DNA of 64,000 nucleotides from Phoronis australis (Eukaryota; Animalia; Phoronida), in assembly GCA_002633005.1 (NCBI GenBank), contig NMRA01000080.1:911202-975201 (forward strand). The letters run 5' to 3'. Below are positions 24,187-39,100 of the stretch, piece by piece (positions within the stretch are counted from its first letter, which is position 1; every line of letters begins with the position of its first letter). The notes under the pieces were generated by a model that saw nothing but the letters and a program-made list of their open reading frames with translations, had not been told where the DNA came from and made no database searches. The position numbers and the translations under genes are program-made.

Positions 24187-27100
24187 TAATAATAATATTC
24201 AGGTAAAGGTGTCGGGCCCATAGTACCTCGTCTTCCGGATAGAGGGTCAATCCATACTCTAAGATGTCCACTAACATGTCCAGTTTTTCCAGTTCCTCAC
24301 AATGGCCAGCCATGTCTATCAACATATCATTGACTACATGGTTTTTTATTCGTTCCTCGGTGCCTAGTGGCTTAATGGCGGCAAGGTATGACGCAAATAA
24401 AGTTTTGAAACCTGAAAAATAGGAAATGCGCAATCACGGGCGTTTATTAAGACTACGACCTCTCGATATACCATTCTCAAGTATTCGACAGAACTTACTC
24501 AACAACAGCTTTCATATAGGAATAAATAACAATAGCACTGGAACATAAGGCTGAAAACATGTCCACCCAAACGGGTACTGGAACCCGGAACCTTCTGCCA
24601 ACGATTCAGAAGGTCCCGGATCTGAGTTCTGGCTGGAACAGAGATCTTTCCAGATTCACATTCATTAGGTCACGTGGTCTGGTGGCGTGCTGACCAGACA
24701 TAAAATGTTTACGATATACTCGACATTTCCAAGATTGGTTAAAAGTTACATATGTATATAAACAGTAAAACAGTAAAAAACAATTTGCTATTGATTTTCC
24801 TTGGGTAGCGAAGTGGGTGGTTATTTAACCTAGTCCGCGCCTTGTGAGTGATAGCTTACAAGAGAAGTCTTTCTTGCTACAAACGGAAACTTCAAACGGA
24901 AATCAGGGAATGCGCTCTCTAGCGACCAAATTGAGGGAAGTAAGCTACAGCTCCATATCAACATCATAATACACGCTGGTATTTCTTAGGTGACACTGAA
25001 CACTACGGCCGCAGCCAATTTGCAGAGCCAAAATATTGAAATTTTGGGGTAGGCCAGGCTTCGGGGTGTTTTTAAGTAGATGATGCACGTAAGCTCAGTG
25101 AATGGTTTATTTGTATTTGTGAACACGCTGGGAATGAGAGAACACCACTTGCTTGGCTGTAGCTACACGGGCTTTCTGCTGTATTTAGGCATAGCCGAAT
25201 AGCGACTGAAAAATTGGCTGAGATTTTAGGTAACCCTCAAACAAGCCAGAATTGCAAAAAAATAGTAGATTGAAAGTACTTTTGAACCACGTTTTTGGAA
25301 TCTGTAAGAAATTTGGTTTCAGAATCTAATGTTGGCTTACGTCCGTTCTTCGGCAGGGAAGTGGTGCTTTGGGGTGAAAAATGGCGATTTTATGTTTTTG
25401 CTCCTTTTTATTAGCCTAACTTCCTTTTCAGTAGGAGTGAAAGAGCCAAAAAATACAAGACACAATAAACTTTCTGTGCTCATCTGAAGGGTGTTTGAAG
25501 TGGAGAGACCCTAAACACGTCATTCCTTGCAGAGATAGTGAAAAATAGGTGACAAGTCCAGTGAGATCTACTCTGTGTCCCCTTACGTAGTAAATGACGT
25601 ATGATGATTGGGTCACCAGGATTTGTCATCCGTACATAAAAAATTCAAAACGCCATTTTTTAAGTTATCCCCACAATAGTTAGCCTACCTTTCATGTCAT
25701 TATTGGGAATCAGGTCTTTTTTACACTTGTATGTGACCAGTATATTGCTTCCGGGAAGCCTAAAAAGGCAAATAAGGAAATCACACAAAACAAACGTAAA
25801 GTTACCAACCATTCCATCTTTGTATGAACAAGAGCAAATAACTTGCCACTTGGAGGAGCAGCGGTGGTCACGTTCACAAGAGTACACTGGCCAAGTTGCC
25901 AAAGGATCTTGAAAGATGCTTAGGAGCAGCTTGGCGGATACAGAGGCAGACGACGAAAACAGACTCGAAAATAATAAAAACCGTTACTAGGTGGCGCAGA
26001 ATACGTGGACTCCATCGCAAAATGAAAAGGTGCTGTCGTCTTCATAATAGCAAATCGTTTGTCAAATTTATTGAAAAACAGTCGATAAGTTCTGAAGAAA
26101 CAGAGGCTAACATTAAAGTTCAATTTTCGAATAAGGGGCAGTCAGCGGTAGTTAGAGCTGTCTCACAGTCGTGGGCAGACGTTGACAAATTTCATTAATA
26201 TTTTAAGGAAGGTACGGCAGTGGACGCAGGAATGACAAAATCACAAACAGGGGGCGCCACAGTTGTCAGACCCGTCCGACATGGTCTTGTCATCAAGAAC
26301 GCATCTTAAAACAATGAATATGATACTAGGAGGCGTAGAAGACGCCGAATCCTTCCGAAAATGAAAAGACACAATTGTACCCATAATAGAAACTTGTTTG
26401 CCAAAGCTCCTTCAATGACGGACATTTTTGTTCTAGAAACTCGTCATCTTCTGTTGTCAGCTCCATGGGAACATAACTTCCAAACTTAACAAAGGTCCTG
26501 CAAATGGTTAAGGAGATATAGCCGCGGCTATTCGGGGTCGCCAGAGAGGCCGATTTTTCTTCGAAAATCAACTTCATCAGAAACACATCTGCCAACTGTC
26601 ATAATTATTATTCGAGCAGCTTTGTGGTTTAAACAAGCAACCGTCCAAGGATTCGAAAATTCAAAACAATGACATACGTGTAAAAAATAAAGTTGCCACT
26701 AGGGAGCACCCCGGTGCCAAATCAGTCCGAGATTCGTCATTTGTTGTCTGCTTCATAGGATCACATCTACCAATTAAATCACATGAAGGTTCTGCAGGTG
26801 GCTTACCGTATACAGCAGTGGATGAAGAACTCCCATACAGAGATGACGGTAAAAAACATAAATATGCACTAATGTGCGTGAATTTAAAATGTAAACCTCC
26901 AGTGATAGAGCTGATATGATACGGTCGATTTTACCAGATCAACAGGTGTGACGTGAACCATTATGTTATTGTGAAACGTGCACTTCTGGGACTCGGACAA
27001 CAGCAATGACAGTAATTCAGACAGCAACTCTATCAACAGTTTTATAACTAAGAACGATGTAAAAAGTGAAAAGACATTATGAATAACAGCACCAACAACA

Positions 27101-30100
27101 AGTAACGAAACATCAGATATATACATCTCTTGCCTTAATACTAGTACACTATTACCTAGTTAACCCCGCCTCTATCGACAGCTCTGGAGGTCTGACGGGC
27201 CGCTCCGTCATCGGTAGGGTTTCGTCCAGTTGATCGATCTGTCTATAGGCTATGCCAGAATCTTCTAAAGGTGCCAAGTGAGGAAGAATCCGTCGCGCCT
27301 TATCAAGCTGGTTGTTGTTCAAAAAGTGGTTAACCATCCATTGGTGAAAAAACGGCAGCCCCATGTGGTAGCAATTCTTTTGTACCAAATGATCAACTGT
27401 AAGCAGAAATGATTAATTCTGAAAACATTTAAGTTGTTGTTATTGAAATGTCAGCAACTTTGAAATATGGCGATTTGGCAGTCTGAAGATCTTGATAAGA
27501 CCTAAATTGTAACTATATACCCTCTTTAAAACGCAAGTCCGTTGTTAGGAGCGACAAACATAGCATGAACATTCATAGTGTCGAAATCCTGTAACATGGG
27601 CGACGCACCATATAGCCCCCCACTTTTTCCATAGGCCATGCACCACAGGTGAGCTGGGAGGGCTTTAGCCCGCATTTTTTTCAGTGCTGCGCCGCCCACG
27701 TGTAAAGGGTCATTTGACGTTTTTCAATTGTTGTCAATTAACGTGATTCAGTTTAATAAAGTGATACTTAATTGCTTATTGTCGCTTTTAATAATAGACT
27801 ACGAGCTGAGAGCACCATCGTTCGCCAGTTTTTCTCGTAACGAGACAGAACACATGTTTATTTCCGGACTAACAGTACAGGTCTTCGTTCTTAAACAACC
27901 TGAGGCTGCTATTACGCGATCATCCGATATTCAAGTTTTTACGTCCCGTTGGCACTCCTTATGCTCTTGAATATTTGGTAGTTGTCTAAACCCCTGTATA
28001 CACACCACACTTTTTCGTATGCGACTTTTCGTATGCTTAAAAAGGTGCGTGTAAGTAGATATTCCAACAAAAATTTTTGCTGGTGACGTGACTCATACCC
28101 GAAACTTCAAGTTCATATGACGACAATCGAGAAGGATTTTAAATAATCTTAAGAAAAACTCCAGAGACCTGTTAAGTGCCAGAAACTTACCAGGATGCAT
28201 GAAAATTTCACTTTTTGGCTACAAAAACAAAAAATGTCTTACACGGGAGGGGGTCAACCCTCCTTCTGACCACCCCCGCTCGGCGCCACGCGCCTCGGAT
28301 TCGACCTTTGCGGGAAGTGCTAAACCCCCCCCCCCTTACTGAAAACGTAGATCCGCCACTGCTATTATGTCAACGAACCCATGGAAATTGTAAACAATAC
28401 TACATAATTAGTGTTCATCTGCAGCTCTTGCTAAAATTGCTAATCATAGGAGATCTTTTCCTTGTCTTCGGTTGTTTTTATTTCTGCCTTTAAAATTTCT
28501 GGGTTTGACGTTGTTTTTAGGATGGATATCTCAGAGATTCAGTGGTTAAAGCGCTGCACTGACAACCAAAAGATCTCAGATTCTAAGCCTGTCCTGCCGC
28601 AGGAAAATACAAAGCCCGCTCAAACCACGCGAGTGTACCAGATACCCGTTTTCGTTTGCCTGAGAAGGCTGTAATACCGGAAGGCCAGACAATGATAGAC
28701 GGAAAGGTCGTGTCAGTGTGGATAGGCTACAGGTTGGTGGAAATAGATGACGTTACAGCATCACTACCTAAAGCGTTTCAGGAAGTCAGTCCAAATGAAA
28801 TAGAATTTAGAATTTCACGAGAGTTCGTTTTTTCGATCACCCTGTGTGCCAAAAATTGACAATACAATGTACGTACACACAGTCCAGAAATAGGGTTCGG
28901 CTTCCTCATATCTGTCAAGGCGAAAAAGAGCCAGAGCCAAACTTTCTGTGCTTTTGATTGATTCCTCGTGTCCTTCGGGTAGGTTGTCTTTGTTCAACTC
29001 ATATGCATTCAGCGTATACTCGTAAGACTTCTGTAGGTTCTTCTTCAGGAACTCAATTAAGGCCAAGTTCATGTAACTTACACTTAGAGTCACGTGTTTC
29101 ATTCCCACAGCGTTAATCTTAATGTCCAAAGCCCTGTAACGGCAATCGAGAAATGCACTTAAGTGTGAAGGGCAGTTTTAGCCAAGGTCGTACAATCAGT
29201 CTTAGCTACGATCATCTTAACTCAAGTTTGTATTGGTTCGTAAGACCATTCTATAGTGGTTAATGAAAATGACAGTTGAGCGTGAATTTAGTTTACGGTT
29301 GGATTTACCTACGAAGCAAACTATCGTTCGTATAAAAACAAAGCGCCGATTTTACAATAGGAATGATGTTTGACAGTGTAATGAGGTCAGCTTCATAACA
29401 GAAATGACTAACACAAAAGACAGATTTTGACAGTAGGATGGTTCACATCAGCCTGCCAGTCAACGTTTTATTGTTTCTGTCGGGGATCCTATGCTTACTT
29501 GAGGTACATGTCTTCCGCTTCGTCAAGTCTCATCAACCTTCGATATGAAAGACCGAGGTTTGTCATGGCTTCAGCAACTGCGGTGTTCAGTTGACCGAGG
29601 TTACACTCCTGGGTTAGCTGCAACATAATCAAAGATAACCAAGGTTTTGTTTTACATGGTATACTAAAACTTGCCACAGGTATACCCTAAGTATGCTTTA
29701 ATAATGACATCCCGAAAATCCACAGAGCTACTTGCATCAGATACAATGCACAGTCGAGCACACGAATATTTTGTAAAACGGCGGCAACGACGCAACTGCT
29801 GCACGTCTGAGGATGGTAAGAGACGATCAACCGCCCAGCAAGGCAGGTCAAAAATCAGCAGTCACCAGCCGTACTCTAGCCATCCTGAAAACTTCTGAGC
29901 GACTTCCGTTGAACACGGATTCTCCAGTGAAATAAGGTCAAAACAGCCAGGAACTTATAAATTGTCTTATTTTCAGCCTGCACAATGCTGATCGCGCGCT
30001 AGAGGATGGATTGAGGCTAGATGCAGGCTATACGAGCCCGCGCGATACATCGTAAGAGCAAAAGTCATTAATTTGTAAAAAAAATCAGCCTTACATCAAA

Positions 30101-33100
30101 TTATCCATGAACACAACTACACCTTGGTTAGCGTAGGATACATTAAAATAGCAATAGCATTTAGTTACCAATATATCTTAACACATTTAGGAACATCCTA
30201 ATACACATTTAACACTGCAGTAGTTAAACAACGGATTCACCACTCCACTTAAAAACAAAGTGTCTTGTTCAAGCAGTCGCCCATTACGGCCATAACCTTA
30301 CCTTCAGTGCTATTTCCATTGCCTCGGTGCTCTCTTGGTTTCGTTTATTCCTCATATATAGAACACCCAAGTTTTGGTAGGCAGTGTTGAGCAGCTTAGC
30401 TTTTTCTACTTGACCCACGTCTGTCCGATTGACTTCGTCAATGTACTCCTTAAACGTGTCCTCGGACTGTAAGAGTAGGCAGCATTGTCAAAATCATTAA
30501 AAGGACACTGCTGAAGCCAGGGCTTAACGTTCCGCAGACCGAAGAGATTAGCCGTACATTTTCAGTGAGGAATCTTTGCTTGTGGAGTAGAAACAGGGAA
30601 TTTCATCCCATAGTTCAACATCTCCACCTCACCGACCAGTCACTTCAGTGTCTGCTAGTTTGTTGCTAGGTTACAAATAATACAGTGTCGAACATACTCG
30701 CGAATTACCAGCTTTTCAGTCTCGTGATCTTGCGAGGTCGTGTGGGATTTTGCTTTTTCGTGAGGTTCTTATGCTTAAGGAACGCTACTGCTGTTTTGAC
30801 ATCAAAACCATAAATTGTAACTAGACCATTGTCATTTTACGGCCACTTCGAACACTAAGGTCCATTTCGTGCTGAACAAAGTTTTTATCTTTCTGAGGAA
30901 AGCTATTCAAGCGAGGTTAAGCAGCTCTTAACCGCTTCAAGACGGTGAAGCCCGATATAATCGCTGCGGGTTGCGAAGCCCCGCTGCAGCAATGTCCTCA
31001 CGACAGGCAAATAATATAAAAAGACCAGGTAGTCTAGAATCATTAAGGATTCCACGCGTAAATTGCAACAGAAGACCATCGATACTGAGTTTTTTACACA
31101 AAAAAGAGATCGATGGTAGTTCAGTAGTTGATTGTTTAGCCTCCAACAACATAGGGAAAATTAAAAGACTGAATTGCTGAAACTGTCAGAAACAACTGCT
31201 CATCAAAATACTTCCACTGTACGTTTCCCACTCGTCAAGTTTTTGACAGTGTCAGATTACACACTAAGCTATATACTACTAGCAAACAAGGGACCCACCT
31301 CACAACCGCAAAGAACAGCCTTCTAAGATATGATGCTAGATTGGGTGAGATTGTTGGTGGCAGGTAGTTTTTGAAAGGCATGCCGATCAAGAGGGGCAGA
31401 TGTAAATGTGTGGCGAGCAGAGTTGATCTGCACAGGCTGTGGGCAGCTTCAGTCAGCAAGGGTTGCCACTTTGTGCAATAGCTGATTTTGGCCAACGTAC
31501 AGGACTGTTACTGATCTGTAATGTTGTTTGCTGTACAATATTCCTCCTCAATGTTAACTATTACGTTGAAAAGTACAAGACCATGCAAAGAATATAAATA
31601 AGACAGCATACAGATTTTATTTTGAAACGCCCTGGGGAAGACTTGGTATTACGTAGCTCTGACAAGGGTACGATATGAGAAAATCCTCAGAAATATCTCA
31701 GAATACAGAGATGTCATATCAAGGTTACTACATTTTACCTTCTGGTGTTCATGCAAATGTAGGTACGTCACAGCCAGACCGTGGAGTGCACGGAGCCAAC
31801 CTTCGTTATCCCCATGTCTGAAATAGAACGAAGAATCAATAACAACGAAATACCGAAGTCGATTCTTCTATGGCGCAGAAGTGAAAAGTAACAACTAGTT
31901 ATAGGACTAACCTGGAAGTAAAAAGTTTGCACAGCGAACATATTTCGGGGGTTGACTCGTCCAAGTAAAAACAATAAATCGCGGACCAGACAACAAATCG
32001 GCATTGGGCCTCATTGTGCAACAGGCAGATTTTACTGGCGTCATAACCATTAAGCTTTGTATTAATTTTGAAATAAAATAGTGATTAGTATAAAAGAGCA
32101 CCACACTGGCGCACGTGCCGTAAGAATGTGTAGAATAGGAGTGGTGGAGAGGTATTTCGGGTTGTAGCCAATACAATATCAGAACTACAAAGTATCTGTA
32201 GCTAATATAATCTCAGAATTTCAGAATAGATGAAAAATATGATAAGTTCTCGACGTGAATCAACTGACCAACAGAACGCTTAACATGTAGCCGTCAATAT
32301 TTACCACCTTCAGATCAATTAGGTTCAAGGCACCTTATCGAATACTAAGAATTATTGCATATAAGAAATTCCTGCAAAAACTAATCCACCTCATTCCAAT
32401 GAATGCAACGCACAGTTTTAGAGTCTGAGAGTTTTACAAACTGAGTGCACGAACACATGCTTTTATTCGGCAACAACATTTGAGCTATGCGATTAGTATA
32501 TTTTAATCAAACGTCGAATAAAGTTCGCATCTTTTAAGATGTTGTTTAATTAAAATTAAACAACATCTTGAGGTTAGAGCAAAAACTCGTTAAGTAGCAT
32601 AAAAATCCTTTTACCTTCGCTGGCCTTCAATGACTTGCTTCAGAATGGTTTCCGATTCTTCTAACCGACCTGTGTCTGCTAGTAATGTACCCAAAGCGTA
32701 CATGACATTATAATAGTTATTTTCGTAGAAATCTTGCGAAACATTTTGACAATTTTCCTGCAACATAAAACACAGCTTAGTTAGCTTACTACCAAACGGC
32801 GAGAAAACCGGACGCAGACTCTGTAACTGCACATTTTAAAGTTCACTTTCAGTTCATACATGGAACTTAAATATTATTAAGTTTATGCGCATTTATGCTT
32901 AGGACTGCTAACTAAACACGACCCCGAATTTTGCCGCTGTAACCCAAACCTCCAAGCGGATGTGTTCAGTCTTAATGAGCTGTGCTAATCATGCAGCGCA
33001 TTGTTCGAGATTTTGAATTTTTTTTCGTTAACTTAGGACAACAGAATGCTATCTTTTGCTCACACGGTTTGTGGGTTTGTTTGGAAGGTGAGAAAGTTAG

Positions 33101-36100
33101 AAAGACTACTCCACCGCACTTAAACTGACAACGAGCGCAAGGACACCTTGACTGCAAGTTCTCAACGAAGGTTGTCTGGGAAAACCTGCAAAGGTGGGCG
33201 GAACGTTGTCAAAGCGTCAGAGTTTTCACCATGCAGTTGTGACGGTAATATCACCTCATTACTAATAAATAACACAATGAAATTTTAAAAATATCTGCAT
33301 AGGTCCTGGATCAACCTCAACGCTATGTATATTGTAGAAAAATGGTCTACAATGGCTCTCTACCGCAATTTAATAGATACAACTTTCATGCCATTAGGCG
33401 TGTGAAGAAATGAATTATCTACACGTATTAGTCATCCTATCACGTCGGACTTCAGAGTTGAGAAGAGCTCTCCAGAGGGATTTGGTAAGACTTAGTACTT
33501 CCGGTACTCTCCCGCACTGGGAGCAAGTATTCACAGCTTATGCAGCAAGAAATCCCCTGGCGCATTCGTATACGCAAACATCATAAAGAAAACATGTGCG
33601 ATAGCTTAGAAGTTGCTAGATTATTAGGCAAATTCTGCAAAAATGAGACTTTTCTACATCCTATTTTGAATTGTGAAAAACGAAGCAATAAAGAAAATCA
33701 AAGTTTAGTCCAATAGATAGCTTTTCTATTGTTTATGCCGCAGATTCAACCTTTCAGAAGACAAAGATATCACGGTAAAATTTCTTGTTTGTTTACATAT
33801 GACCAAGTGACCCAAGCTCGACCAAAGCCACCGAGCGAAAGAAGCGGTCCTGAGGTTTCACTTGACACAGGTTCAGTCAGTATGCACCTCCTACGACCAA
33901 AAAATTCAAATCGGATTAAACATCCCGTCACCGTGTCACAACAGGAACACGTGATTCGAGCTCTGAACTTTGTTTTTGCGCTCCCCGATTAATTCGTCTC
34001 AAACCGTTGTCCATTTGACACAGTTTGGTTGAGATTTTCAAACACGATTCAAGCCTTTGAGGAATGTCGATGGAAACAGGTGGAAACGATGGTGTTTTAA
34101 GCTCACATGTTTGTCAACAGTCTGAAACAGATATAGGTTTCATGTAGATACCAACTGAGCTGTCTCAAGTGAAACGCAGCGGAGCTGACAGCTTTAACCA
34201 ATGCAAGAACAAATCATTGGCAGCAGCTTCATAAAGCTGTATTGTATTTTCATCCGTTGACCAGTGTGAGCTGGCAGTTACGTTCAATTGTGGCACACAC
34301 CTCAGCTCGTAGCTATCCGTCTGCACTGATGCTAACGTGCATAAAATTTACCAATAGCTGTTTCATCCGCTGTACTACACAGTAGCGACCTTTGTGGTAT
34401 CCGCCCATTTCCATGAAGAGGTTGAGGTCTTGTAAATATGGGTATATCTGGAAGGAGTACGGAAGAGTGCGAATAGGTAATATAATCTATGCTTGGAAGC
34501 GATACGTCTAGAAAATAAAACAAATTACCATGAGTTCTATATGGGCACTATTTTAGTAGAAGTAGTAGTAGTAGAATGAATATCTTAAGTAATCATTTGT
34601 TCCCATCCCTGCGACATGCTAACATAGTTTTGATCGTCTGCCATCATTCTTAGATTTTCTCCTCTCAATGGCCGATTATTTTCAGGGCATTAAATGTGTC
34701 TTATATTTGATGTGGCAATATGCATGAGCCTGAGCCGTTTACGACTGTCTTTTACATTCTTTTTGCTAACTTCAGTTTAATCACTGACAACAGAAGGTTT
34801 TTGTAGGTGGTATATCAACCATCTGACTCACAGGTGCCGTTTTAACAATGAGCATTGAGCAACGTTGACGGCTACCAGCTAACTTAAAAAATATTGGTTA
34901 GTGTCCAGTTTATAAGAAGGGTGAATTATATTCTGTTAAGGTAACATGCGCGCACCCAGGGGGACTCAAACGAGCCCCCTATTTGGCGAAGTGGGCAAAA
35001 AAGTCCGCCTCAACTCCGAAAAAAGTAGAAAACGAGACGAAAGTCCACTAAAGGCAGGAACAACCATAATTCGGCTAATGCACAATTCATAGCTCTGAAT
35101 GTACCCCGTGAATCTTAGTGAAAGATCCTGGGCCATATTCTCAAAAGTTTGAGTCCCCCATTTTCTAGGCTGGGTGCATGCATGGGTAACAATTAAAAAT
35201 TTGACACAAACATAAATTCAATATGTTCACAAAGAGGCACCTGTAACTTTTTGGTTCATTTCTAAATTATAATGAGCGCTGCCTCGGCAAGAAAAAATGA
35301 AAAAAGAACAACGAACAACAAAGTAATAAAAAATAAGAACGAAGCAGAGGCTTATTAAACAAAAAATAACACCAATTGACCCTTCGTAAAACTGAATCGA
35401 ATCAAAGCAATCAATATTCGTTATACAGTGCAACAGGGTGACCTGCGACAGTACCAATGCTGCCGCTGCAGCGCTCAATATAGATATTGTCGACAATGAA
35501 CAACAGATGCCGCTTTCGACAAGGGCGTAAGTGTTCTCCGTTTTGTTAACCAACCTGCTCAGCCACAGAAGGAGTGCCATAGTCGTCCACGGCGGCGCAG
35601 TAAAACTCAGCTTCCTTGGCACTCATTTGTTGAAGAAATGCCTCCGCAAGCTTCATCTGATCCGTCTCCACAATCGACCAGTAATGTAAGAGGTCGTACA
35701 CATTTCTGAAATAGACAAGCACACTTTCCTAATTAGGTGTCTTATTTTAGGTAACGGCGTATAAAGGGAAGTATAAAACAAATTTGTATAATTCCTTGGT
35801 AACACAGCCTTGTTGCATTGAACCAAAACGACGACTTGTTTACGTTACGTCAAGACTTAGTCCAAAAGGTTGTTCAGGTGATCCAGCTCATTATATACGG
35901 CCTGATATTCTAAGTAATTGATTTCCGCTCATCAAACTAGAAAGATGTGAAGGTTAAATTGGCAGTTCTACTGATTAAAGGGTAAGATCCATTCGTATTT
36001 TCGGATCAGAAAAATTATTCTACAACTTAACACGTCTCTTTACCATCTACCAAGTGTTGGACAACAAACCCAAGACCCGGTATACAAACACTGACTTGTC

Positions 36101-39100
36101 AGGTTCACGTGCGTTTAGGGATTTATTTTTAGGTACATGCGCCACAATGCTTCGTAAATTGGCTTATTACATACCTTTCCATTAGCACCTGGAATATTGA
36201 TAGATCCAACAGAACGTCCTTGCAGCAATCCAAACGGGGCAAGAGTTGAGCTATGTAAACCGGAACGCTCTGGTGAGACTTTTTGAATTCCTGAAATCAA
36301 ACCAACACATTATTTGAGTATAAACCCGGTGTAACATTGTGATACATGATTTTTTGTGAAAGAAAACCATACGCTTTTTCATCAATTTTATGCTACTAGA
36401 AAGTGTATTATTTACTTAAACACCAATAGGGTAGATGCTATTTAGCCTCAAATTAAACGTACTTCCGAACACCTTGAGTTACACATATTCTTACCTTCAC
36501 TTGTTTTCTTAAAAAAGTGGACAACCTTCGTCTTTGAATACCCAGTCCTTCATCAGTTGCAAGATATCGTTGTCGTATTGCACTTCGTAGATCAGAAAAC
36601 GCAATGCTGGCAAGATGCAGTAGAATTGAATGTGAGTTTGATTTAAAGTTTAAACGAAAAACAAACTCATATTACAATCTGTTGTTTAAAATACATGATT
36701 TTAAAGTTTCTGCCAATGTAAATCGTTTGTGATCTCTGAAGGAACTACTAACAAGTTGTAAAGATATGAAGTTGGGGTCACCCAACCCCAGACGTATCTA
36801 CAATTTACTAATGACATGCTTTCTGGGTAAATAAACGTATTGAAAAAAAAAACAAACAGATACGATGCTTCAACACAGAGGTTGCTATTATCTAACCAAT
36901 AAATTGCGGACCGTATCGATAAACTACTGATACGACTTCGGGACGGAACCAAAACTTTCTATATTATCAGTGCCAAATTTTGTTTTATTAACATGCGAGG
37001 AAAAGTTCAACTCACTCTAAGAGACCTGAGCGTGTGACCAAGACGCTTTCCATGGCAAAAAACAACGGTGACCAGACATGGGAAGGAATATTGTACATCG
37101 ACAGAATGTCACTTTCCTGTATTCGTCCTTCAGCAATGTACAGTACGCACATCACCTACAATATATTTAGCATCGTGGCATACAAACAGTCATGAAATAT
37201 TAACCATCAACTTCCACGACAGTTCGTGGTGTACCTTTTGAAAAGATTCACCATGCATTGTATTCGGTTTATCAACTCTAGAAATCAGAACAGGGACTGC
37301 TTGAAGTCTGTCGTCAAAATTCAGATGTCGACGGACAGGCACAAAGAATTAAATTACTTCAACTTGAACAATATCAGTACTCTTTTTGATTTATGATCAA
37401 ACAATATTGATCATTGATCAACCATTGCTACTGGTAAATTGCCGTTACTTACAAATTCAGAACAAAAGAATCTTTAATTCAGACATTCTTTTGTTAAACA
37501 GATTTTTGATATTACCTGGGGTTAATTTTTGGTAGCGGCAATTAAAACTCCTCATGTGTCAGAGCACTTAGCTATTGAAGTCTGCATGTGATCAGGTCCA
37601 AAACTGGCAAATCGTGGCTACGAGAAGGGAAATATATTGGTGGTGAATCAGATGCATCTAAGCGTGAAGATTACCTGCTTCACCAGGTCTTCAGTGATGG
37701 ATGTGTCGTTATAGTCCGCTTCAAGTCTGCTCAGAAATTTTGTGAACAACTCTTTAGTGCTAAAACAAAAACGCAAAAGAGTAAGGTACATGTAGCGTGT
37801 GTACATTACTATAAATTGACTCATGTTACGCCTTGGATCTTTTTATGTGAGGATGAATCAGAGTAGGAATCTATACAGTATGCAGCCATCTTGCCACCTG
37901 GTGACTGGATACCATAAATTGACTCATGTTTCGCCTTGAATCATTTATGCAAGGATGAAAACTGACGCCTCGATGTTACAGAGTAGAGATCTATACAATG
38001 TGCAGCCATCATGCCACCTGGTGATTGGACGTTTTATATGCGATTCAGTTGCTTCGACGTCTCAACGTGAAAAGGCCAGAGTTTAGGAAACCTAATGTGA
38101 CCAGATGTTCACCAGTGCAACTGGTACGAACTTTTTAAACTCACTGGAGAGGTAAGCATTGGTCACTTGTACCAGCAAGGCATTCCAATGAGGGCCGTTT
38201 TGTTACAGCGGACTTTCAACTCTTTGATTAGGAGTGGTAGATTACGACCTACCTTTGTGATTCAACCAAGTTTTCTATCTTTTGATCCAACTTGAAGAAA
38301 TAGCCAAACAAACGCAGCTCCTGTGATGACAAATATTTCATTAGACTTTGATACTAAGTCACAAGATCAGGGATCTGTTTTATGAAAAATGACTCGAGAA
38401 CTAAGTCAGAAAACTGTTCTTACGCTCCTTATAACTCTGAGGTGTAGGCCTATTTCTGTAAAATAACTAAAACTGACTTGATCAACAGAAAAACGTATCT
38501 GAGAATATACCCATAACTACTACTTTACTTACTGAGCAGTGATGTGCTAATAGTTATATGACTTTCCTATTATTTGGTAATTGTAAAGCTGAAGCATAAG
38601 ACTTAATCCCTGTCTTAAGTCGGACGTCACTTGAAAAAGGTCGCAGCTTTTTACACACACACAATCGAGATGAAATAGAGACATTAATTAATTAAATGCA
38701 ATTTGACTTCTACATATAAATCATTACTGCATGAGGAAGTCGTTGTCCTCCATAATCTAGAGTCCGAGTGGATTTTTGCCGTTCGCTGAACATGCGATTA
38801 TTGCGCGTGCTCATTTAAGTATTCTATTTTCACGTTCGATGACGTCAGCAGTTGAGTGGCGACTGACGACTCGAAACTCTTGTGGAGCGGGTTCGAAACC
38901 GGCCTCGTGTTCCCGCTAAATTGTTATTCAACACGCGTTGAACAACTAAATGGGTTATTTAACGGTTGTATTGGCCATGTCAGGCTGATACTGTGGTATA
39001 AAATGTGATAATGCCAACGTCCACAGGAGAAGCAAGTATAAGACGTACTAGCACCATAGACTATAGTACATGGACCGCAAACTCCGTATACTTTCAATGT

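Noticed and set aside
28190-28361. GC-rich MITE-like end GATCCGCCACTG
   Set aside because: Only one terminus is visible, so the boundaries are unsupported.
35555-36290. Apparent frameshift between exons 15 and 16
   Set aside because: On re-reading, AG+A AAT GTG TAC gives R-N-V-Y in frame, so the phases are consistent.
38840-38910. Functional tRNA gene
   Set aside because: It has a good B-box but I could not fold a complete cloverleaf, so it is kept only as SINE-like.
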